Below, piece by piece: positions 25,330 to 37,300 of a stretch of DNA of 64,000 nt. Origin of the DNA: Nymphaea colorata (lineage: Eukaryota). Every line of letters begins with the position of its first letter. Positions within the stretch are counted from its first letter, which is position 1. The position numbers and the translations under genes were made by a program. The stretch is taken from the NCBI RefSeq assembly GCF_008831285.2, contig NC_045138.2, forward strand, positions 35,216,001 through 35,280,000, in the 5' to 3' direction. The notes beneath the pieces are model-generated. The model worked only from the letters and a program-made list of their open reading frames with translations, was not told the DNA's origin and ran no database searches.

Positions 25330-28300
25330 CTGTGTGTGTCTGTGCAACCGTATCCCCTTTCCCAAGTTTTTTGAAGATTCCAAACCCATATCTGTACCTA
25401 TGTGACATAGCTACAAAGGCACAGCCCCCAAGCTCCAATCTGAATTTTAGACATCCATCACCATTCCCACATTCACAACTCAAAGTTCCATGTAATTTCT
25501 TTGATTTGATATTTCTAAAGAAATCCAATCACATTATTGTGTGTAACATATCCAGTAAAAATTAATAATCCAGAACGTGGACTTTAATTTCATTTAAAAG
25601 AAAACTATATTTTTTAAGATGTTTTAAGTGGTACAATATGTTTGTTCTTCCCAAGAGAAGAATATTCCATTCAAAAATATGTGTCTCAGATCCTCAAGCT
25701 TCTGCAAAATGCAGCCTTTGAATGCAGAATTTGTTTTAAAAGCTTGGCCTAGGGGTGGACCATTAAGATTTCTGATCCTTGGATTCGAAAGGCAGGAAGT
25801 AGACAATGGATGTGATCAAGAGCGAGTCCATGCTGATAGCGGACATATATGTTGACCTTGCTGCCAAGAAGTGGTGACCCCTATTAGCAGCCCAACACGT
25901 TTATGGCTAGGTCACATGCGTGCGGAGCGCGGCAAGTTCAAAAAAAAAATTAGGTGCGGGTGCAGCGAGGGCACATATGTAAGTAATTTTATTTGTCTAT
26001 ATCTACGTGACACAAGTACGTGGATTCAAGCCACGTACCCGCTCCGGTATGCCGGTACGTAGATCCGGGATGGGAAGTGGGTGGGTACGGATTGGATTGG
26101 GTCGGATCAGACCCGATCCGAACAAAAAAAAAACGTTCGATTTTATATCAAATAGAAGAAGTCGAGCTGCACTTCACCGGCAATTTCTGCAGCTGAGCAA
26201 GTTCAGCAACTATGGCCGGTGGTGACGACGACGTCCGACGACCCATGGCGACGTCCAGTGGTGTCCGGCGGCAGGCAGGTAAGCGTTTTCTTTTTTTTTC
26301 GATATTAGAACTTAGGGTTTCATTTCCTTGATTTGGGGGTTTTTGTTTTTTGGATTTGAAGAATTGGGGATGTTTTTGTTTGAAGATTGGACAGTTAATC
26401 CGTCGATGTTGAGCCTTAACTCTTGTTCAATGCTATGAATGATGGATTTAGCGAACTTTATTTTTGTGGACGTGCAAGTTATAGTCTTGCGGCTCTTGAG
26501 TTTTGCCTGATCTTCCATATAATTGACATTGTTGAAGTATGTTAGACGGGTCTCGGGACCGGGCCCGGATCCATACCCGATCCATCTTGTAGCCCTTGTT
26601 AGGCATTACTTAAGTCATATAACCCTAATCCTTATGAGTAATGAAATCTTAAGAGAGAGAGAGTCTGGCGGCTAGTGGGCAACCAACTCCTCCTCATCCG
26701 TGGTTTTTTTCCTCTTGTTGAGGGTTTTTCCACGTTACATCGTGTTCCTCGTATTCTCTTTCTCTGTGCTCGTGTTTCTACATGGTATCAGAGCCCACGA
26801 GATTGGGACTTTTTTGGTGATCGTTGAGTTTCCTTCACCCGCCGCCGCTGTTGCCACCGTCGTCGTTTCCGCCGCCGCCGCTGCCAACGCCGTCACCGCC
26901 GTGTCCGACGCCGTTACCTTTCTGCTGAGTCGTCCGACGACGCTGCTGTCACCGCCCTTGCTGTCGCACCGTCGACCTGCTCCCTGCCGTCGTCCTCTGC
27001 ACCACCGTCCCTTCGTTGTCGCTGGTGCTTCTCTTGTTTTACCGTCGCTCGTGCCCTTTGTCGGCCTGGTCTGAGATTATGGCAGCTTCTTCCTCGTCGA
27101 CCGTCAACACCAATCAAACTAAAATCGGGGCTTATAGATCTGAGAATGTTCCCGTTCAGGTCATTACTCTTCGTCTCACAAAGGAGAACTATTTCACGTG
27201 GTCGCCCGCTATGACTATGGGGATTGCTGGCCGTGGTCGGATTGCCTATATCGATGGAAGGAACCCTGAACCGGCAAGGACATGTGGTGTGTGGGACACT
27301 TGGTTTCTTGAGGATAATCATTGGTTTCTTGAAGATAATCAAGTGAAAACTTGGATTGTCAACTCTGTTTCCACTGATCTTCAACCCCTTATTCTTCGGA
27401 AGAAGACTGCAAGAGACATGTGGATGATTTTAGAGCAAATGTATGGCCAGAAGAAAACTGCTATTCGAACTTACCACGTAATGAAGACTGTCTATGGACT
27501 TCGACAAGGGGACTCTTCTATCGCAAATTACTATGGAGCTTTGAAAGCCAAGTGGGACGAGCTTGACTATCATTCTGATATCCCTTGACATTGTCCCCAG
27601 GATCAGGCACTTTATGTTGCTAAGGAATGGGAAAACAGGGTGTTTCTTTTTTTGGCCGGTTTGAATGATGAGTTTGAAGGTGTTAGAAGCCAGATTCTGA
27701 ATTCTGGAGAGGTGCCCAGTATGGAAGATGTGTACTCCTATATTGAAGCCAAAGAACAGAGGAGGCTGGTTACTGTCATGAGAGATCCGCTCTTGTGAGT
27801 TGTGGTCCTGGAGGCAATATTAAATCTCTTCGCAGATGCACTCACTGCAAGAAGACTGGTCATACCGTGGATTATTGTTGGGATCTTCATCCAGAAAAGA
27901 AGGGGAACAAAGGGAGGTCTTCTATTGGGAAGACGCATGTGTCTAAGGTGCCTAAATCTAGTGGAGAAAAGGACTCCATTTCTGTTGACCAGCTTCGTGA
28001 ACTGAGGGCTTACTTGGGCCGGATCGATGTCAACCAGGTCGAGACATCTGATGAGACAAAGGCTAATCATGCACTTGCAGTTGTTGGTGATACAGGTAAC
28101 TCTTCTGTGGGGGAATGGATTGTGGATAGTGGTGCTACTCACCACATGACAGGTAACCCTAAGTTGTTTCATGAGTATAAGTTATCTTCAAGAAGGGAAC
28201 GAGTATCTCTCGCAGATGGTTCCTCTACCTCTGTGGCAGGCGAAGGGACTCTGTCCTTGTTGGACAAATTTCATGTGTGAGGAGCATTACATGTGCCCCA

Positions 28301-31300
28301 GTTTCCCTTAAATCTTTTGTCAGTTAGTAAACTTACTAAAGAGCTGAATTGTGAACTCATTTTTTCTGTCAATCGTTGTGTTTTGCAGGACTTGGTGACA
28401 GGGAAGAGGATTAGGATTGGTTTGGCGTCTAATGGCCTATATCGTCTTCCCATAAGCGTGGCCACGGCTCTGATGACAGCGATCAGCAAGACAGAAAAGC
28501 GGAGAGAAGATTGTCTTCAGTCCTTCTTGTATTGGCATGAACGCCTTGGGCATTTACCTTTTGGGATTTTGAAACAGTTGTTTCCAAATTTGTGTTCCTC
28601 TCTGAATTTGTCTTTGATTTCCTGTGATGTTTGTCAGTTTGCCAAACATGTGAGGGCTTCGTACCCCATTTCAACTAGTTGTGTTAATGAAGTTTTTTCC
28701 TTGGTTCTCTCGGATGTGTGGGGGCCTTCGGGAATTCCTACCCGTCAAGGTTTTCAATATTTTATAACCTTTATTGATGATTTCTCTCGAACCACCTTTG
28801 TGTACTTGTTAAAAGATCGCAGTGAGGTTCCTCATGTCATAGAAACTTTCATTCTCCTTGTGCATACTCAATATGGTGGAACTATTAAAACCTTACGGTC
28901 CGATAATGCCCGTGAGTATATGTGTCAATCTGTTGAGGATTTTCTTCGAAAAAGGGTGATTGTACATGAGACGTCCTGTAGTTATACTCCCCCACAAAAT
29001 GGGGTGGCTGAAAGGAAAAATCGCCAACTCCTTAATGTGACCAGGGCCCTTCTGTTTCAGAGAAATCTTCCCCAACACTATTGGGGTGATGCTGTTCTTA
29101 CTAGTGCATATCTCATTAACCGCATGCCCAGTCGTGTGCTGAATGATCGGACTCCCCATTCGTTACTGCCTGGAAGTCGTCAACTGTTTCTTCTACCTCC
29201 TCGTGTTTTTGGCTGTGTTTTATTCATAATCACAACCCCAATGTTAAGAAACTTGATCCCCGGTCTATCAAAGGTGTGTTTGTTGGGTATTCCCCTACTC
29301 AGAAAGGATACAGATGTTTTGATCCCACCACTGGTCGAGTTTATGTTACACGAGATGTTACCTTCTTGGAACATGCCTCTTACTTTGGTGAGAATCCTCT
29401 TCAGGGGGAGAAGTCTGTGGTTAGGGAAGAGTATTCTCAGGGTCAGGAGATTCAATTTACAGATTTTTTGGACTACAGGAAAGCTGAACCTCTTACAGTT
29501 GATTATGAGCATGAGAGGGAGAAAGGGTGTGACCTTGGAACTGAGAAGGAAGGCCAGCGGTTGTTTGGACAGGTCTACTCCAAACGAGGTGCTCGGACAG
29601 AGGAGGTGACTTGTGGTGCGAGATCTACTTCCAATCTCAATGTCATTCCTTCTCTGGATGAACCAAGTCCTACCTCGAAGACTCAAGATGAGGTTGAAAA
29701 GAAAAATGAAGATCTTCCCATTGCCCTGAGAAAGGGTGTCAGGTCATGTACTCAACACCCGATTAGTAATTTTGTATCTTATTCCAGACTTGGCAAGGAT
29801 TACAAGTGTTTTGTATCTTCTCTTTCTTTGGCTGTGATTCCCAGGTCTGTTTGCTGAAGCTCAAAGTGATTCCAAGTGGGTTGATGCTATGAAATAAGAA
29901 ATGGAAGCCTTGAGAAGAAACATGACATAGGAAGTTGTGAAGATTCCTTAGGCGGCTCACTTGGTTGGATCCAAGTGGGTGTATACTATCAAGTACAAAC
30001 CAGATGGAAGTGTTGAAAGATACAAAGCTTGTCTTGTGGCCAAGGGGTTTAGCCAAAAATATGGGATTGATTACTTAGAGACCTTTGCTCCCATTGCAAA
30101 AATGAAGAAAGTTAGAGTTGTTATGTCTCTAGCTATGATAGAGTGGAAGATGTACCAACTTGACGTTAAGAATGTCTTCCTCAATGATGATCTCGAAGAA
30201 GAAGTGTATATGCGCATGCCTCCAGGATATGAAGAACCAGAGAAATGTTGTAAGCTAAAAAAGGCCTTATATGGTCTCAAGCAGTCGCTCAGAGCATGGT
30301 TCGAACGACTGAGACGAGTGATGCAACATTATGGGTACAATCAAGGGAATGAAGACCACACTCTGTTTGTGAAGAAAAAGGAGGGCAGGGTCACTCTTTT
30401 ACTTGTCTATGTGGATGACATGATTGTCACAGGTAATGATGAGGAGGAGATCATCAAGTTGAAAGGGTTACTGGCTACAGAATTTGATCTCAAGGATCTT
30501 GACAAGCTGAGGTATTTTCTTGGTATTGAGATTGCTAAATCTAGTACCGGCCTTGTGCTAAACCAAAGGAAATACACATTAGATCTGTTGGAAGAGACTG
30601 GTAAATTGGGGTGTAGACCTGCTTCTACCCCACTTGACACTGGACACAAGTTAAGCCTTAGAGATGGAGAGCTGCTCTGTGAAGAAGTTAAGGGAAGATA
30701 TCAACGTCTGGTTGGGAAGTTGATTTATCTTACCCTCACGAGACCAGATATCACTTTTGCGGTGAATGTATTGAGTCAATTCATGCATGCTCCTACTGAT
30801 GCACATCTGAAGGCTGTGGACAGAGTATTATGTTACTTGAAGAGAAATCCTGGCAAGGGACTCTTGTACGTGAAACAAGAGACTGTAGAGGTCGAGGGGT
30901 ATTCAGATGCAGACTGGGCAGGTTGTGCTGATACCAGACGGTCTACTACAGGGTATTATATCTACTTGGGAGGAAACCTTGTCGTATGGAGGAGCAAGAG
31001 ACAGGATGTATGTTCTCGATCTAGTGCAGAGGCAGAATATAGAGTCGTTGCTATGGGAGTGTCAGAGTTACTATGGTTGAAAATATTGCTGACTGATATT
31101 GGAATAAAGATTGAAGGACCTATGAAGATGTACTGTGATAACAAGTCTGCAATCAATTTAGCCAACAACCCTGTTCTACACGACAGAACAAAACATGTTG
31201 AAAATGACCATCACTTCATTCGTAAAAGGATTGATGCTAAGGAATTAATCCTACCTTACATGAAGTCTGAAGACCAAACCACCGATGTTCTGACGAAGGC

Positions 31301-34300
31301 TCTATCCTCTACTTCGTTCGAGAGAAATGTATCCAAGTTGGACATGTTTGATATGTATGCCCAACTTGAGGAGTGTTGAAGTATGTTAGACGGGTCTCGG
31401 GACCAGGTCCAGATCCATACCCGATCCATCTTGTAGCCCTTGTTAGGCATTACTTAAGTCGTGTAACCCTAATCCTTATGAGTAATGAAATCTTAAGAGA
31501 GAGAGAGTCCGATGGCTAGTGGGCAACCAGCTCCTCCTCATTCGTGGTTTTTTTCCTCTTGTTGAGGGTTTTTCCACGTTACATCGTGTTCCTCGTATTC
31601 TCTTTCTCTGTGCTCGTGCTTCTACAGACATAAATGTTAGTTGAATGTTGCTGAAAACCACGCTCTCCTAAGGCTTTCTTTTACCCTCTTTTTAAGTGTG
31701 TATGTGTTCGTTCACTGAATTCGTGTTTGGGTATTGTATCTGTAGTGGCTTTGATTGTTATAAGGTGTGGTGATTTTTCTATCAGAGTCTATTTGCAATC
31801 ACCAAGGCAATGGGTAGTCAGCCTTCAAAGTCTATCGCAGTCTACAGTTGCGATAATTGGAATGACGTATATGCGTATACGCTGGTTTCACATTTATATC
31901 AGCTTTGCTGATTTTCTGAGTTGTTATGCTTCCTTATGCACTTATAATGTTGAGATGTTTCCCAACAACTGTTTGGTAACTTATTCTTTTGTTCTTAGTA
32001 TTGATTTTGTTGAACTATTGTATATTGTTTTATTCCTTCAGTTTTCTGTTTATATGTCCACATTTATATGTTTTTTTTTATTTTATCATTTTTGATAATA
32101 TAAAATTTGTCGTACCCGCATACCCACAATTTTCAAAATCATTGTGTCCGTACCCATACCCGTATTGTACCCGCACCCATGTGACATAGGTTTATACTGT
32201 TAAATTTTTTTTATCAAGATTACCTTTATCTCCTACAAAATTCAAAGTTTTTATTATGTAAAATGGGGGAGGAAAGAGAAAAGAGGGCAAAAAAGATGAG
32301 GGAAAAGATAAAAGAAGAAATAATAAATAAATAAATAAAAAGAAAAAACGAGAGTGAGTGCAGTCAGCCGCACCCAACTCAGTCAAACCGAGTCTGATGC
32401 TGTGTCGGGCCGTACTCGCACCGAGTTGACTCAGATGGTTCACCATTTTCAGTGCACCTGTGTGACTTAGGTTTACGGCACTTCACATGGCTCCATACCA
32501 AGAAGGGAACCAGTGGAAGATCTCCCCTTCATCTTACAATAGAATATGTACTTATTCTACGTGTCAAACAAACACCTAGCTGAGTTTAAAATTCCACATG
32601 CCACCAATCAAGTTCATATTTTTAGAAAACAGATCCACAATCACATGATAAAGATCTGAGAGACTTCATCCCAAAACAATTAGATGTCCCTTATCGAACT
32701 CTCTCCAAAACCTCAAACAGATGAAGCAGTCAAGGATTGACCTTGCTTTCCCCCTTTGCATGTTCCATCTCTAATTTCAGCTAACTAGCTCTTGCATTTG
32801 TGACCATTTGTTTATGGAAAATTAATTAACTACATGGATGATGAAAACTTAGGGGTCAATAAAAATCACAGTTTCTACATATGCAGATAGAGTGTTGTTA
32901 AAATACAAAAAATATTTCAGGTTGTCGATTTTAAAACCTTATGCAACCAAAAAAACATGGTCTTTTTTTGTTGCTGATTTCTAGGTTGTGGGATACGAAG
33001 ATGACATCTATGTAATATACATGGGTGAATAACACCATGAGTACACACACATCCATTCTTCAGAAAATTAAACGTCTATTGTCAGATCTTGCTTGGTTTA
33101 TATTCCTCAAGAAGTGGGAGTAAGTGCAAGTTTGGTGATCCCTCTTTAGGTTACAGTTGGACTCATAAAACTGATCAGGTATACCTAGAGACTAGAGAGC
33201 CAAAGCAAACTTTGCTAGCACAAGTTGAAATGATAGCAACACTTGGAAAAAACATGCATAGAATGCTTTGCTTAATACGTGTCGAACAGAAAACAGGTAC
33301 AATATGAGTTTAAAAAGATCTTGCGAAGATAGAAAAATACGATAAACGAAAAGGAACTTGTGAGCAGGATCAGATGGTTAACTAAAAAGACAAACTATAG
33401 TCGGCTCATTAGGTATAGATCAAGACTGCAGCCTCCGGCATAGTGAAGTACAGCATTAATAAGGTATGCAACGAACAATCACAGGTCCATGTGGTACATG
33501 TGAGAATCTTCACTAAAACATCACCGAATCACGTCTCTCCGTCTGAAAATAAGGAGGATGGAGAATAGAGAATAGAAGAAGGCAATGAAGGTAAGAGAAC
33601 CGGCGGCCAATGCAACCACACTATGCTTGATCTCTATTATTAAAACATAAACCTAATTAGGTTACAACAAAAAGAGGAATAAAACATGAAGTAATTACAA
33701 GAGGTGCCACCACTTAGACGTGAAGACATAAAAACGAAGTGGATCGGGTCTGAACAGACCCGATCCAGACCCGATCCCTTTACATTGATGCGTACAGACT
33801 TAACAGCCCCCCTCAAGTTGTGCATGAGATTTGATCATGCACAACTTGTTTTTCAAATCCCAAAAATGCTGCCCTGTAAGACCTTTGGTAAAAAGATCCG
33901 CTATTTGTTCACTGGTGGATATATAAGTAGGCAATATCTCGGCTTCTTCAACCTTCTGACGAATGAAGTGTTGATCAATCTCAATGTGCTTGGTACGATT
34001 ATGCAAAATGGGGTTGAAGGCAATTTTGATGGCGCTTTGATTGTCGCATAGCAATGAGGACTGAACAATAGGTAGATGAAGCTCTCCAAGCAAATGTCGT
34101 AACCATGATGCCTCAGCTGTCCCTGCAGCCATTGCTCTATACTCTGCCTCAGTGCTAGATCGTGCAACGGCACGCTGCTTTTTACTGCTCCAACAAATGA
34201 GATTAGAATCAAGAAAAAGGCAGAAACCTGAAACTGAGCGTCGGTCATCAGGATCTCCTGCCCAGTCTGCATCAGTATAAGTATATATGCTATGTCCAAG

Positions 34301-37300
34301 AGAAACATTGGGACACTTTGTATAGATCAATCCATCCCCAAGAGTAGCTTTGAGATACCGTAAGATCTGCTTAGTAGCATCCATATGTCCTTCTGTGGGT
34401 GCATGCATAAATTGAGAGATCTGATTTACAGCATAGACTATGTCTGGGCGCGTAAAGGTAAGGTATTGTAACATACCAACAATGCTGCGATAGAAGGTAG
34501 GATTTGAATAGGCAGCAGTTCCATCAGAGGCAGCCAATTTAGTGTTTAGAACACTAGGAGTAGTTATGGGTTTGCAATTAATCATACCTGCCCTGTCCAA
34601 AATATCAAGAGTATACTTATGCTGCGTAAGAGTCAATCGATCATTTGCTCTATCAAGTTCAACACCCAAGAAGTACCGAAGTTCGCCGAGATCTTTCATC
34701 TTGAATTCTTGCTGCAACAGATCCTTAACATAAGATATATGAGAAGAAGAATTCCCAGTTATAACAATATCATCTACATAGATAAGTAACCAAGTGGTAG
34801 CTTCTTCGGTATGATACATAAACAAGGAATGATCTAGAGAGCTTCGTAGAAAACCAGCTTGTTGTATATGATGAGAAAACCGATCGAACCATGATCTAGA
34901 AGCTTGCTTCAGCCCATATAAAGACTTGTGTAACTTACAAACCCATTTTTGAGGATCATGAGTATTGTAGCCGGGAGGTTGCTCCATGTATACCTCTTCC
35001 TTAAGAATCCCATGTAGAAAAGCATTTTTGACATCTAACTGATAAAGAGGCCACCCATATGAGACTGCAAGAGAAATAATCACACGTATTGTGCCCATCT
35101 TGATAACCGGACTGAATGTTTCATCATAATCTTCCCCATATTGTTGTGTGAAACCACGGGCCACAAGACGTGCTTTATGTCGATCAATGCTACCGTCTGG
35201 CTTATATTTCAGTTTGTAGACCCATTTGGAGCCCACAACATTCTTATCAGTTGGACGAGAGACAATCTGCCAAGTCTGACACTCATGCAATGCTGCCATT
35301 TCCTCATTCATAGCTTCAACCCAACATTTTTCCTTACTTGCATGGTGATAGGATTTTGGTTCGACCTTCTTGCTGACTTCTGTCATAAACAACTGAAAAT
35401 CTAAAGAAAAGTTGTTATAACTTACCCACCGATCAATGGGATGTCGCACACGTTGGGACTGACGTGGGGCTGCATTAGGAGCTGATCGCCTAGAGTACAC
35501 AAGGCCTGAGAACCGACTATGTATAGGTGAATCATGGGGTTGTGAGGATGAGGGCATGCTGTCCAAGGAATCTCTCACAAGTGTCTCAGCCTCATTAACA
35601 TCTTGCTCCTCGTGCTCAATCAAACGGTCAGTCCCTTGTCTTAGGATTTCAGCATGCAGCCAAGTATCATAAATCTCATTTTTATCCTTGAGTGTCATGC
35701 AAGTAGCCTTGGGATCTTGTAACCTGTTTTCATCGAAAACAACATGCCGTGAAATATGAACACGCCCAGTTTTAGGGTTGTAACATCTATAACCCTTGTA
35801 GTTTTCTGCATACCCTACGAATCTGCACAAAATAGCACGATCTTGAAACTTGTTACGTAAGGAAACATCAACATGCACATAGCAAACACATCCAAAAACA
35901 CGCAATTCCTCATAGCGTGGCTGCTCTTGATGTAATAAAAAATATGGGGATTTGCCATCAAGCAAAGCCAATGGCAGTCGATTTATAACATGCACAGCCG
36001 TATGAAAAGCCTCAGTCCACAATGTCATGGGTAAGTCTGTGTCATGCATCATGCTGAGCGCGCTTTCAACAATATGTCTATGTTTCCGTTCAGCAATTTC
36101 ATTTTGCTGAGGAGTATGTGAGCATGAAATCTGTCTAGTGATCCAATTATCTAGTAGATACTCAGTAAATTCATTAGAAATAAATTCACCACCACCATCA
36201 CATTGAAAATGCACAATATTACTGAAGTATTTATTTCGAACCAAGGCATGGAATTGAGTAAACAAACGGAAAACTTCAGATTTGTGTTTCATGAAGTGTA
36301 TCCAAGTATGTCGAGAATATGAATCTATAAAAATGACATAGTACCTACTCCCAGAAGAAGAGGGAATTGGAGCAGGCCCCCAAACATCAGAATATATGGT
36401 GTCAAAAATCCTTGAAGCTCTTTTATTAATTGACTGAAAAGGAAGAGCATGGCTCTTACAAAGATGACAACTCGAGCACATGCTGGACTCACTGACTGAA
36501 CTCAGACTGGACTTATCTAAGAGTCCGTCTGCAACAAGACTTCGAACAAAAGACTGACTACAATGAGCTAACCGACCATGCCAAATGGATGGCTTATTAT
36601 ATTCTGCGACATTGACTTCATTATGACTTGAAGAACATGAATCTGGAGGGTGAGGTTTGGACAGCTTTGGAGCTTCTTCAAGGACATACATATCTCCTTT
36701 GCGAGTGCCCTCAGCGAATGTCTTCTTGGTTTGAGCATCCTTGACATAAACAGAAGATGGTGTGAATTCAACAGAGGAGTGAGTATCATCAATAAGTTTG
36801 GACACTGAGATAATATTTTTCTTGACACTTGGAACAACAAGGACATTCTTTAATGGAATGGAAGAAGAACCCATGGATATTTGTGCATTTCCAATGTGCG
36901 ATATTGTGTGATGGGAACCATCTCCCGTGACTACTGAGCCTTGATCTAAATAAGGGGAAACACTAGAGAGATTACCTGTGTCACCAGTAACGTGGGCTGC
37001 TGCTCCAGAGTCCACATACCACTCTCCTTGCTCATTTTGCTTCAAGTTAAGTTTGGATAAGGCTGTCATTAGAAGTTGCTGCACGTCTGCTGAAACCTTT
37101 GAAGTTGGATTTGATCCAGACGAGGATGGAGCTGACCCCGCTACTGTCCTATTCTCGCGCCTGACCTGACTATTCTTGTTCTGAGGATTGTGCCAACATT
37201 CTGATTTTACATGCCCCTTCTTGTTGCAATAGAAGCATGTCGGGATTCTCCTAGATGTGGCAGAGGTAGTATTCATGCCTGGTGGTGTTGGGAGAATCCC

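Larger units (their letters stand above)
26003..32189. mobile_element. Inner hAT MITE, interrupted by a Copia
   Basis: CTACGTGACA...TGTGACATAG; flanks GTCTATAT / GTTTATAC (6/8, both transitions); CCCGTA subterminal repeats at about 32110-32180. Confidence 0.72.
25907..32470. mobile_element. Outer hAT MITE, interrupted by a second MITE and a Copia
   Basis: CTAGGTCACA...TGTGACTTAG; flanks GTTTATGG / GTTTACGG (7/8). Confidence 0.8.

Noticed and set aside
26783..26795. tRNA-complementary sequence (also 3689, 38384 and 60496)
   Set aside because: These are retroelement primer-binding sites for initiator tRNA-Met, not tRNA genes.
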